A stretch of 63,818 bases of DNA, filler included. It is 8 parts of 8 records of this genome, joined end to end, with 100 filler letters (N's around TTAATTAATTAA, not from the genome) between each part and the next. Parts side by side here need not be neighbours in the genome. Positions count along the whole stretch, not along the records: positions 49,649 to 58,400 come from SRR31147125_14612; positions 58,501 to 63,818 come from SRR31147125_14651; 6 more parts are not named here. One strand, 5' to 3'. Under the pieces are notes generated by a model, which ran no database searches, was not told where the DNA came from, and saw nothing but the letters and a program-made list of their open reading frames with translations. Shown here in pieces: positions 50,110 through 60,843 of the stretch. Each line of letters starts with the position of its first letter. Positions within the stretch are counted from its first letter, which is position 1. The translations under genes and the position numbers were made by a program.

Positions 50110-51878
50110 ATGAAAAATCCAACATATGCTACTTTTATTCAGCAAGTTGACACCTTTATTTCTAATCGCTCACATGATGAACTAAAAAAAATCATTTTGG
50201 GCATTGCAGACAATCAAAGCATCGAGTCAAGAAATAACTTTCTTCTGCACATGCAAGAAAGCCTCGAGACAACCATAGAATCGAAAAAAGAACACCCTGT
50301 TCCAAAAAATGAGGCTAAAAAATTAATCCAAGACGTACAGCTATACAAAAAAAGAATGTTAGAGGGTGAATTCTTTGATGAGGACGAGCACTACAGGGCC
50401 ATGGAACGTGAAGACTACTATTATTGGAAAAGGAATAATGATTATTATGATGATGACGATGAAATTGACTTTTCCAAAAAAGAATATGTCCTGGAGGCCA
50501 TTGCATTGCTGAATAAAGCGAAACAATTTTTCCGATGCGGAGATATAAAAACATCTTTAAAAGCTTATGAAATCCTTTTTGATATTTTTGACAATGCCGA
50601 TTATTATGATGGGGAGGAATATTTTGTATATGGTTTTTCATATAAACAAGTAATTGATAAAGAGACACTAAAGGAACACAAGGCCATTTACCTTAGATGC
50701 AAATATCTTTCACATAGTAAACAAAATAATTATCAGGAAATCTACCATGAATTGAGTACATATAAAGATCTTCTTTTAACAGATTTTATTGAAAGTGATA
50801 AAAATCCTCTTCCCGACCTTGAAAATTTCATAAATGGTTTTATTCAATATATCAGCAAGGATGCAAGAAATGACCAACATCTGATCGATGCCTTGTTCGT
50901 CAAAGGCGGGATGGATGAAATAAAAGAATATGCTTATTCAAATGGAGAAAAACATCCGCCAGTATTTCTCTACTATTATCAATATGCCAAGGAAAATAAC
51001 TTTTCACAATCAGACCTGCTAAAGCTTATACTGGATGGCATTAATATCATCCCCGAAAAATATAAAAATCGTTCTAACCTTGGGCTTGATTTAGTAGAAA
51101 TTGCAAAAAAGATAAATGACAAAGGTAATTTACTAATTGGCTACTCAACAGCATTTTACAGTCATCCTTGTTTAAGCAATTTAGCCTTATTTACCCACTT
51201 TATATTTTCTGAAAATCTAACGGAAGAGATAACTAAACTGAAAGCATATTCAAGTGGGCAAAAAATAAAAAGAGATGAATACCCCCATTTTAACTTTTAT
51301 GATAGTATTCAGCAAAGAAATATTTATTCATTAGAAACAGCTATCATAGATATTTCTACCCTCCTCATTTGCAGATTTCTTTTAGAAGGATTAGAACCTT
51401 TGCTTCACATGATAGATCCCAAACAATACCTTGGATTTAAGGATACCAGGAAAAATGTGGCAATAGTCTCGGCTCTTGCCCTCAAAACAATAGCCCAGGA
51501 TTCTGATGTTGTCATTGTGAATAGATTGATGGATTTATACTGCCTAGATTGTGATTCAGAGGAGTATAGAATATTGAAAAAAATGATTTCAGATCGTTCA
51601 AAAGAGTCTCCACTAACTCAGAATCTTGGCAATACAATCCTGAAAAAATCGAATCCCTTGCCGTTAACAGGGTATCGCACATACTAGGCAATAAATTAAG
51701 AGGTGGTTATGAAAGCGCCTGCCTGCTACTGGTTGCCTGTGCAGAAGTCAAACAAATAGTAACGAACGATGGTAATGATTTGATAAAAAAAATTGACACA
51801 GAATTTAAACGATTTTCTGCTTTCAGGAGACCATTGAAAGATCTGACTGACGCAAGCAGCCATCTTGTTGCTGTATGA
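50110..51878 (+). CDS. Hypothetical alpha-helical protein, split by a 1-nt indel at 51643-51648
   Basis: 525-aa ORF. One extra A in the A6 run extends it with KKIESLAVNRVSHILGNKLRGGYESACLLLVACAE...FKRFSAFRRPLKDL to a TGA at 51878. Confidence 0.7.
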
Positions 51879-51980
51879 TAAACCAAATACAATCAAATAT
51901 ACTCTTATGGTTGATATCATATATTAAGGTCAATATATATTGGTTATTCCTTTAATGATAATTTTAGGTAGGACTACTTT

Positions 51981-52742
51981 ATGTTTTCAAAAGCAATCGT
52001 TCGTACACCATGTCGAAATTTTATAAATGGTTTGACAACAGCCAATCTGGGGCCTCCGGATTATGACAAAGCGTTAGGACAACATGCTAAATATATTGAA
52101 GCTTTGAAAACATGCGGACTCGATGTAACGGTGCTTCCTGCAGATGAAAGCTATCCGGACTCTACATTTGTTGAAGATACAGCCCTCCTGACACCTCATT
52201 GCGCCATTATTATGAATCCCGGAGCACCGTCCCGCAAGGGTGAAATTATGACCATTCGCATTGTATTAAAGAATTTTTATCAACATATTGAATCCATAAG
52301 TGATCCGGGAACGGTTGATGCCGGTGATATTTTGATGGTAGGGAATCATTATTATATTGGCCTGTCCGGCAGGACAAACGAGACAGGTGCTATCCAGCTA
52401 ATCGATATATTAAGGTCCTATAATTTGACCGGCTCCATGGTCAGGCTGAAAAAAGTTCTGCATCTTAAAACCAGCGTTGCTTATCTGGAAAACAACAATC
52501 TGGTAGTAACAGGTGAATTTTTGTCCAAACCGGAATTTCGACATTTTAACATATTACCAATAAAGGCAGATGAGAGCTATGCGGCCAATTGTATCTGGAT
52601 AAATAATGTTGTTCTTTTACCACAGGGATATCCAAATGCAAAAAAAACGATTCAAAACGCCGGTTATAAAACCATCGCTTTAGACGTGTCCGAATTTCGC
52701 AAGCTGGACGGTGGGTTGAGTTGTCTTTCACTCCGATTCTAA
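51981..52742 (+). CDS. ddaH: N(G),N(G)-dimethylarginine dimethylaminohydrolase (amidinotransferase fold)
   Basis: YPDSTFVEDTA, SRKGE, DAGDI, LHLKT and C-terminal KLDGGLSCLSLRF. Confidence 0.92.
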   Translation: MFSKAIVRTPCRNFINGLTTANLGPPDYDKALGQHAKYIEALKTCGLDVTVLPADESYPDSTFVEDTALLTPHCAIIMNPGAPSRKGEIMTIRIVLKNFYQHIESISDPGTVDAGDILMVGNHYYIGLSGRTNETGAIQLIDILRSYNLTGSMVRLKKVLHLKTSVAYLENNNLVVTGEFLSKPEFRHFNILPIKADESYAANCIWINNVVLLPQGYPNAKKTIQNAGYKTIALDVSEFRKLDGGLSCLSLRF

Positions 52743-52898
52743 AATTTTTCCATCAGGGCAGTAATAAAACATTTTTACCGGTAACGAATTTTGATAAGGT
52801 ATTTGATTTATCAAAATCTAACAATTGTATTTATTGTACAAGTTACTAAAAATCAATTTGACATTTATAATAAAATTTAATAAATGTTGTAAATTAAA

Positions 52899-53362
52899 TG
52901 ATCCGAATTATATCCTGCGAACATGCAGAGGTTGACAACCTTATTTTTGGTCTTTCACATTAAAAAATTCAATCTTCACAAATTCCATAGACCTGTTACA
53001 TTATTATTTTTGAAAACAGGATAATTCAACTGTAACACACAATTTCCAATATCAAAATATGAAATCGTTAAAAATTGCAAATATAGATCACCAATCCGAG
53101 CAATTAAATATAATAACATCTTTAAATGAATAAGGTCTTGAGGTGAAAATTGGGAGGATTCTTTTAGTTACACAAGCTAAAAAATGTCAGATAGCGCATG
53201 ATCCACGGTATTCCCAGTTAATAGAGTTTAAAAACCTTATTTTAGTCTTTTAAACCTAATAGAATCTATATTCACGAATTCCATCAACCTATTACATTAT
53301 TTTTTTAGAAAACAGAATATAAAAACCGTAATACCGAATATTCAACATCAAAATCTGACATC
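52899..53362 (+). repeat. Degenerate direct repeat with a period of about 296 nt in intergenic DNA
   Basis: 52975-53066 and 53271-53362 align without gaps at 72/92 identical by hand count. Similarity extends upstream (AACCTTATTTT..GTCTTT; ATGATCC). Confidence 0.75.
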
Positions 53363-53387
53363 AACAAGTTATTATAAAAGGATCATA

Positions 53388-53750
53388 ATGCCGATACTCA
53401 TAAAATCTCCCTCAACAATAAAATCAGCCGGAAACAAACCTAAATTAATAGAAGAATTTATCGGTCGTGTAAATTCAAACAATTTCAATATCAGTATCGC
53501 AAAAATGAAAAGCCCGGGAGGATGGAGCGAACCCGGCCAGACTCCTGAATTTGATGAATATACCATTGTGCTTAAAGGAAAGCTGCGCGTGAAAACGAAA
53601 AATGAGGCTATGAACGTCAGTGCAGGACAGGCTGTTATTGCTCATAAAGGGGAATGGATCCAATACAGCACCCCGGACCCGGAAGGAGCGGAATATATGG
53701 CCATTTGCTTACCGGCTTTTTCGCCCGACACGGTTAATAGAGACGATTAA
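53388..53750 (+). CDS. Cupin domain protein (EutQ-like)
   Basis: KPKLIEEFIGRVNS, GWSEPGQTPEFDEYT and CLPAFSPDTV. Confidence 0.88.
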   Translation: MPILIKSPSTIKSAGNKPKLIEEFIGRVNSNNFNISIAKMKSPGGWSEPGQTPEFDEYTIVLKGKLRVKTKNEAMNVSAGQAVIAHKGEWIQYSTPDPEGAEYMAICLPAFSPDTVNRDD

Positions 53751-54760
53751 TTATAACCAATTTGGCCTTTCCAAATCTAAAGTATTCATGTTTTTATTGG
53801 TGATTCCCGTAAACCTGTGTGGTTATCTTCCGGACTGGAAGACTTTTATTCCGGATACTTTTTTCATTCAAACAGGAAAAGATTTCACACAATTGCCAGT
53901 ATTGACCCATTTCGGTAGCAAGAATAACAGCTCTAGTGCTCATCCCTTACATGAAGATGACCCTTTATATGTTACAGAACGAATAGCATCTCACCGTCCG
54001 ATGTGATGAACAGTTTGGCGATAAGGAGTTTCATGATCCAAAAAAACAACATATTAGACTTATACATGGATCTATGAATGGTAATCTGCTGAACATGTTG
54101 ATATAAGCGAACCTGTTAATATGAGATATATTCTAGACGATAGCATGTCACAGTCTTTCGATGAAAATAATGCAACAATCGATTGTTCGGTAAGATTTTT
54201 GCAGGCATTATTTTGAAACATATGATTTTACAGTTGGAATAAAGCAATCCCAATGATCTGTGACAAATAACCTGATTTGTCCGTCTGATGAAAACATGTT
54301 CCGATTTTGGGCACTATCAAACTGTCATTTTTAAAAAATAGGTGTTTATTATTCCCTTGCAGATAATGGCTGACAATACAAGAATACCTTTTATCTCATT
54401 GATTTTCTCGGGTATTTTTTTATATTAGTGGTTTTGAATTAGCATAATCCGAATATTTACAAATAATCTAAATCATGTTTACGACAATACGCTAAATCAA
54501 TTGTTTAAATATTCTGCATAAATTCACTCGTTCTGATCAGCATTTTTTTATATACATCACCTTACAATTTCTTTTTACAAAAACAAATGCTATTGAACAT
54601 AAATAATCGGTTGGGACAAGATTACTCGCTTAAACCAGACTATCAAAAAATGACTCTTTTCAAAGAATTCATACAATGAACAGGTTCAAAAAAACAACAG
54701 AATATAAACCATATCCTGACAAAAAACAGCTTTTGATGTGTAAATTGAGGGGTTATTACC

Positions 54761-57058
54761 ATGTCAAAATTTATAATTGTTTTGCTCGTTTTTTCTATGG
54801 TTACGACGGAACTGATAGCAGAGGATGTTAATTTGAAACCAGCAAAATTAAAATCAGCCAAATTAGTCAACCACAATAAAATCCAAATCTCGCTAACTGA
54901 AAAAAAGGACAATCTCAAAAAACTCGATTTTCATATATTTCCTGCTCTGTCTATTAAAAAACTTGAAACAACGAATGGTAAAATATTATTAACAACAGAT
55001 ACTATTGATTTTACCCGCACTTACTTTTTAGAGTATGGCAACATACGTAAAGAGATACAACCGGACAAATATTTAAACCTCTTTTACTCTGAAAAGGACC
55101 TTGGTTGTACGTGGACCGATCATCAGACCATTTTCCGGATTTTTTCGCCGCGAGCCTCCTCTGTCACTCTTGTGATGTTCATAACTATTACGGATGAACC
55201 AGGCTCTGAATATAAAATGGTGAAAGACAAAGATGGCGTGTGGGAATGTGTTCTACCCGGGCATTATTTTGGCCAGTTTTACGCTTACAAGATCGATGGC
55301 CCAACAGGTCCTACAGAACTATTTGATGCATCAAGACTCATTGCAGATCCCTATTCCAGGGCTGTGGCGACAAAAAATGAATTTTTACATAGAGGAAAAA
55401 CGCTTATCCTCAACACGGATGACTACGATTGGCAAGGTGACACATGGCTTAAACATGACTGGGAAGATTTAATTATTTATGAATGTCATGTCAAAGGTTT
55501 AACCGCCCATCCAAGTTCCGGTGTAAATAATAATCTGGCTGGAACCTATAAAGGCCTGGTGAAAAAAGATGTCCGTGGTGGAATCGAACATATTAAATCC
55601 CTGGGAGTGAATGCCGTGGAATTTTTGCCGATACACGAATTCGGCAATATAGAAATTCCGGTTGGCATTCCGGTGAACGGTACAACCAACACATGGAATC
55701 TTTACGAACGAAACTATTGGGGTTACATGACCTCTTATTTTTTCGCTCCGGAATCATATTATGCAACGGGAAATTCTTTAAAGCCGGGTGACATATCGGG
55801 TATAAACGGCAATCAGGTGAATGAATTCAAAGATGTAGTTAAAGAGTTCCACAAGGCTGGTATCGCTGTTATTATGGATGTCGTTTACAATCACGTATCA
55901 GAATATGATCAAAATTGTTTTAAATTAACGGATAAAAAATATTACTTTCAGTTAGACGAGGATCAAAAATTTCGGACAACGAGCGGTTGTGGTAATGATT
56001 TTAAATCAGAGCGTCCTATGGCTCGCAGGCTCATTCTTGATAGCGTTAAATACTGGATGACAGAATATCATATAGACGGTTTTCGATTCGATTTGGCCAC
56101 CATTTTGGATTGGAAAACAATTGCCATGATCATCAAAGAGGCAAAAGCCATAAATCCGGATGTTATCATCATTGCCGAACCATGGGGTGGCGGCAAATAT
56201 GATCCAGCCAAATTTTCACGCTATGGATGGGCGGCCTGGAACGATCAATTTCGCAACGCCATAAAAGGTCAGAATCCTGAAAACGGCCAGGGATTTATTT
56301 TTGGCAAATACTGGGATTTTAACAATATCGATACCATCAAACGTTATATCTGCGGTAATCTGGTCCAGGACGGCGGTATATTTCGACAGCCGGATCACTC
56401 TGTCAATTATTTAGCATCTCATGATGATCATACCTTTGGAGATTTTATTCGAATAGGTAATGGGGATGTCAAACCAGATGAAATCATAAAAGATATCACC
56501 CAAAATGCCACGTTAACACCCCGGCAAATAAAACTGAATAAATTAGGTGCTTTGCTTCTCTTTACCAGCCAGGGTCCGGTGATGATGGCTGAAGGTCAGG
56601 AGTATGCTCGTAGCAAGGTTATTGCGAAAACTGCATTTAATAGTAAAATAGCCGGTCGAATCGATCATAATAGTTACAATAAAGATGATGAAACCAATTA
56701 TCTTAATTTTGAACATGCTGATTTAAACATTAAACTGGTAAATTATTACAAAGGTCTCATTGCTCTTCGTAAAAAACATCCTGCATTTAAAAAGAGCCCC
56801 AAAAAAGCAATCCGCTTTATCTATGGAGACAATCCTTTTGCTCTGGGTTTTAAAATTGACAAAACCTATTCTCATGACAGTCATGATTTCCTGGTACTGG
56901 TTAATGCAAGCAACGAGTATGAAGCCCATTTTAAATTGCCCAAAGGACCATGGTCTGTTGTGGTAGACGAAAACAACTCGGGTAACACGGTATTGGGCAA
57001 CATCACAAAAAACAGAATAACTCTGTCCCCAACAACCGGTATGGTGCTTATGAAATAG
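54761..57058 (+). CDS. GH13 pullulanase / debranching enzyme with CBM48, secreted
   Basis: DPYSRA, IYECHV, NYWGY, MDVVYNH, DGFRFDL, AEPW and SHDD. Confidence 0.92.
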   Translation: MSKFIIVLLVFSMVTTELIAEDVNLKPAKLKSAKLVNHNKIQISLTEKKDNLKKLDFHIFPALSIKKLETTNGKILLTTDTIDFTRTYFLEYGNIRKEIQPDKYLNLFYSEKDLGCTWTDHQTIFRIFSPRASSVTLVMFITITDEPGSEYKMVKDKDGVWECVLPGHYFGQFYAYKIDGPTGPTELFDASRLIADPYSRAVATKNEFLHRGKTLILNTDDYDWQGDTWLKHDWEDLIIYECHVKGLTAHPSSGVNNNLAGTYKGLVKKDVRGGIEHIKSLGVNAVEFLPIHEFGNIEIPVGIPVNGTTNTWNLYERNYWGYMTSYFFAPESYYATGNSLKPGDISGINGNQVNEFKDVVKEFHKAGIAVIMDVVYNHVSEYDQNCFKLTDKKYYFQLDEDQKFRTTSGCGNDFKSERPMARRLILDSVKYWMTEYHIDGFRFDLATILDWKTIAMIIKEAKAINPDVIIIAEPWGGGKYDPAKFSRYGWAAWNDQFRNAIKGQNPENGQGFIFGKYWDFNNIDTIKRYICGNLVQDGGIFRQPDHSVNYLASHDDHTFGDFIRIGNGDVKPDEIIKDITQNATLTPRQIKLNKLGALLLFTSQGPVMMAEGQEYARSKVIAKTAFNSKIAGRIDHNSYNKDDETNYLNFEHADLNIKLVNYYKGLIALRKKHPAFKKSPKKAIRFIYGDNPFALGFKIDKTYSHDSHDFLVLVNASNEYEAHFKLPKGPWSVVVDENNSGNTVLGNITKNRITLSPTTGMVLMK

Positions 57059-57136
57059 ATCCACATGGAATAGCAGGATTGTAACAAGAACAGAATTGGC
57101 AGTAATTTATACCCCATAAAATCATAAAAAAACTGT

Positions 57137-57164
57137 GGCCCGAATATGCTTTGGGCCTTTTTTT
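57137..57164 (+). terminator. Intrinsic terminator
   Basis: GGCCCGAA-tatgc-TTTGGGCC followed by T7. Confidence 0.75.
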
Positions 57165-57247
57165 ATTTGTTTTAAATATACGAATTGCTAATTTAAAGAT
57201 TACATATTTCAAATAATATAATTGAGATCATACAAGCGAGTCCTGAC

Positions 57248-58400
57248 ATGGATTTTACGTTTTATTCTGCCGGAGAAATAATTTTTGGCAGTGGCAAACT
57301 AGCCGATATTGGAACCCTGGCTGCCCGATTTGGGATAAAAGCCATGATTTGCTACCGCGGTACCAGCATGGTAGAAAACGGTACATTGAACAGGATTATC
57401 TCTACTCTGTCACAATCTAAGGTAGAATCTTTCAGCCTGGATTTCCCCTCACAAGAGCCCACAGCCCAGGACATTGATAACGGAGTAGAAATATCCCGAC
57501 AAGAAAAACCGCACGTGATAATCGGCATTGGAGGCGGGAGCACCATTGACACGGCAAAAGCCATATCCGGCCTGACAACAAATCCGGGTTCCGTTTTAGA
57601 CTATCTGGAAGGTGTGGGAAAAGGGCTGCACATTCAAAAGCCTTCTATACCCTATATCGCCATACCTACAACCGCCGGCACAGGTGCAGAAGTGACTAAA
57701 AATGCGGTTATATCATCCAGAGACAAAAAATTCAAAAAAAGCATCCGCAGTCCCTGGCTGATCCCGGATATCGCTTTACTGGATCCGGAATTAACTTTGA
57801 GTCTACCCAAACAAATCACGGCCGAGACAGGCATGGATGCACTCACGCAGCTCATGGAAGCTTTTATTTCTGCGAAAGCTCAACCAATACCATCTGCTCT
57901 GTCCATTTATGGAATTCGCCTGGCTGGTCAATTTCTTGAACGGGCGGTAACAAATGGTTCTGACCTGCAAGCAAGAGAAGGCATGATGCTCGCCAGTCTG
58001 CTGAGTGGCCTGGCATTAGCCAACTCTGGCCTGGGCGCGGCACACGGCATTGCTGCTGCGTTGGGTGCGATTATCAATATCCCCCATGGGCGCGCCTGTG
58101 CCATGCTTTTACCTAAAGTCCTGCAAGCCAATCATGCTCAGTGTCAGGAACAATACGCAGAAATAAGTGATGCTTTGACTTTGGGCGAAAATCGCTCGAT
58201 TGAAAGTAAAGCCAACAATGTAATCCAATATATAGAAGACCTTTGTGATAAAATAGATATCCCCAGAAAATGTAGTTTAGAACACATTGACGATAATCTT
58301 ATTAATGAATTAGTGATGGCTTCCCGCGGCTCAAGTATGAAAGGGAATCCTGTCCTGTTAACCGATGCACAAATTAAAGATATCATTAAAAGTATATTTT
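57248..58400 (+). CDS. Iron-containing alcohol dehydrogenase (3' end at the contig edge)
   Basis: GGGSTID, PTTAGTGAEVT, GMDALTQ and GAAHG...PHG. Confidence 0.93.
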
Positions 58401-58500
58401 NNNNNNNNNNNNNNNNNNNNNNNNNNNNNNNNNNNNNNNNNNNNTTAATTAATTAANNNNNNNNNNNNNNNNNNNNNNNNNNNNNNNNNNNNNNNNNNNN
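58401..58500. other. Artificial contig spacer
   Basis: N44-TTAATTAATTAA-N44. Confidence 0.99.
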
Positions 58501-59304
58501 AAAACTAAAACTCACACCTTCTTACTGCAAGGTCTTCTTCGTTGTGGTCGATGCGGTTCTGCTATGACTCCTCGTTGGGGTACGAGCCACACCAAAGAAC
58601 AATATTTCTATTATGAATGCGTAAAAAGAAGCAAAACTCAAAGACTGGAATGTAACACTAGGTATTTACCTGCTCCTGCCATTGAATCATTTGCTATTGA
58701 ACAGCTAAAGCAAGCAGTATTAAATGAAGATGAAATAAAATACATCATTGAAAAAGCCAATAAGTTGAGAAGTACTACGCTGCAAAGTATTAAAACAGAT
58801 ATTGGCAATGTAAAAAAAGCTCTAAATGAAGTGGAAGGTAGAATTAACAATATCGTAAAAATTGTCGAAGAAGGCGGGAATTTTAATGCCTTAAAAAAAC
58901 AACTAACTAAATTAGAGACTCAACAGAAAGAGCTTAAAGAAGATTTAGATTCCCTAAATCTGAAAAAAGATAAAACCGAAGCTAAGATTTTATCAGCAGA
59001 AGTTGTTACCAAAGAATACGCTTCTGTTCCTAAAATAGTTGATGAACTAATAGCAAGTCAAAACTGGAAAAGGCTCCAGTCACTTCTAAGACAATACATT
59101 AATATAGTTGAATGGACAGAGGATTTAGAAGATAGCAAAAAAGGTACAATGAAAATTATGCTTTATGAACATGCTCAACCATATTTGGAGCATAAAAATA
59201 AAATGCTCAGCGATCCACGTGAAAATGGTTCGCTGAGCTATAATACATGGCGACCCCAGGGGGACTTGAACCCCCGCCGCCGGCGTGAAAGGCCGGTGTC
59301 CTAA
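58501..59304 (+). mobile_element. Large serine recombinase/integrase, C-terminal zinc-ribbon and coiled-coil part (5' truncated)
   Basis: The frame is open from the contig edge: FLLQGLLRCGRCGSAM...YYECVKR...CNTRYLPA..IE, then a coiled coil. The last 18 codons and the stop lie antisense within tRNA-Glu. Confidence 0.88.
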
Positions 59305-59322
59305 CCACTAGACGATGGGGTC
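59248..59322 (-). tRNA. tRNA-Glu(TTC)
   Basis: GACCCCATCGTCTAGTGGTTAGGACACCGGCCTTTCACGCCGGCGGCGGGGGTTCAAGTCCCCCTGGGGTCGCCA folds as a cloverleaf with anticodon TTC and an encoded CCA. Confidence 0.97.
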
Positions 59323-59352
59323 GTATTTGACAAGGTCGCGTTTTAAAAGAAC

Positions 59353-59429
59353 TGGTGAGCCGGGGGAGATTCGAACTCCCGACCGACGGATTAAAAGTCC
59401 GCTGCTCTACCAAGCTGAGCTACCGGCCC
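59353..59429 (-). tRNA. tRNA-Lys(TTT)
   Basis: GGGCCGGTAGCTCAGCTTGGTAGAGCAGCGGACTTTTAATCCGTCGGTCGGGAGTTCGAATCTCCCCCGGCTCACCA, anticodon TTT. Confidence 0.97.
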
Positions 59430-59477
59430 ACAAATTCAAAGTGTTGCTATAGCTACTCGCCTGTGCAACGGACCAGT

Positions 59478-59506
59478 CATTTAGCAGTATCAGATTAGAA
59501 TGTCAA
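59478..59506 (-). promoter_or_regulatory. Possible sigma70 promoter of the tRNA pair
   Basis: Perfect TTGACA (59506-59501), a 17-nt spacer ending TGC, and a weak -10 (TAAATG). Confidence 0.4.
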
Positions 59507-60030
59507 GGAAAATGGAATGTTTTTATAAAGAATGTCAAAAAAAATGCAATTTTATTGAAATCAGGGTGTTTTTGGATGTTTTTGGTATCTTTGATACGAG
59601 TGATTTTTCTTCATAAAAGTGAATATTTTTATTAAAAAACGTCTAAAGAATTTGTATGAATTAATGCATATTCATAAAATCACAGTTTTGAAGGTTAAGA
59701 AAAAGTTACAATTTTCCTAAATCCGATTAAAATAAGTTGCATGATACATGTAATAAAGGTATCATCTGTCAGGTTAGTAGACTGAAATATATTATGAGTG
59801 GGAATTAGTAGATACTATTAATAGATAGCTTTTGTGTTGTAGATGTTGCGCGAAAGAGGGTGGTTTTTCCGGGTTTATATCTCGTATGGACTACTGTTGA
59901 CCGCAACAAGTATTTGACATATTGTGATGGTTTTGATAATAGATTGACATTTACCAGTAACCGTACAATCAATCTCGGAGGGATCTGTTGATTGGTAAAT
60001 GGATTCTTCACCGTGTACGGAGGAGAGATT

Positions 60031-60791
60031 ATGAAGGCAGCCAGGAATAGGATTTTTTGATTTTGCTTGTCGTTCTTATGAGTTCCAGCTTTGCCTGGGC
60101 GCAGGATGACGAACCTGAAGACACTGAAGGCAATACTCCAGACGCCGAAGAGGCTGAGGATGATGAGGCCGAAGAAGAAGATGAAGCAGAAGCTCCTGCT
60201 GAAGAAGATCAGGCGGAAGAACCGCAGGATTTGGCTACGGCAGATGAAGCCTATGACATCAAGCTTCGCGAACTAGAAGAAAAAGTACATCAGTTAAAGG
60301 AAAAGATCCACAGATCAAAAGCCAGACTGATGCTGCTTCGTGAAAAAGTCTTGCACGGAATTCTTGCTGGTTCCAAGGCTGTTTTGACTCACCAGAACGA
60401 CATTGGTGGATCTTATAAGCTCGAATCAGTTGCTTATTATCTTGATGGCGATCCCATTTACGGAAAAATCGACGTTGATGGAAGCCTTAATAAAGATGAT
60501 GAGATTGAAATTTTCAATGGCACGATACAACCAGGCAACCATCTTCTTTCTGTTTATATGGTTTATCGCGGTGATTCTTCTGTTTTTACATATGTTGAGG
60601 GAATTCAGGTTAAGCTGAAATCCAGCTACACGTTTAAAGCTGAAGAAGGAAAGATAATTAAAGTTTCCGCAAGAGGATACGATAAAGGTGGTGTAACTGC
60701 CAAGTTCAACGAGCGACCAGCTGTTGAATTCGATCATGCGTATCAGGATCTTGAAGAATCCGATACGGAAACACAAACTGAAGAAGAATAA
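60031..60791 (+). CDS. Myxococcota-type secreted protein with an acidic N-terminus, coiled coil and beta-sandwich; 1-nt indel near the start
   Basis: SD GGAGGAG and ATG at 60031. One extra T in the T6 run (60053-60058) gives the signal peptide MKAARNRIFLILLVVLMSSSFAWA. The core reads KLRELEEKVHQLKEKIHRSKARL. Confidence 0.75.
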
Positions 60792-60843
60792 GAAGTTCTT
60801 ATTTTTCGGTTGACTTGACTAAAACATGGAAGCGTAACTCGAT

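Noticed and set aside
53760-54700. About 950 nt of gene-poor DNA as a possible ncRNA or pseudogene
   Set aside because: I could not recognise any motif, structure or decayed reading frame by eye, so it is left unannotated.
5414-58500. Recurring TTAATTAATTAA flanked by N-runs as a biological repeat, and ORFs ending in X...LIN
   Set aside because: These are identical 100-nt artificial spacers with six-frame stops. No gene-neighbourhood inference is valid across them.
59207-59413. 68-aa minus-strand ORF
   Set aside because: It is a spurious translation through the two tRNA genes.
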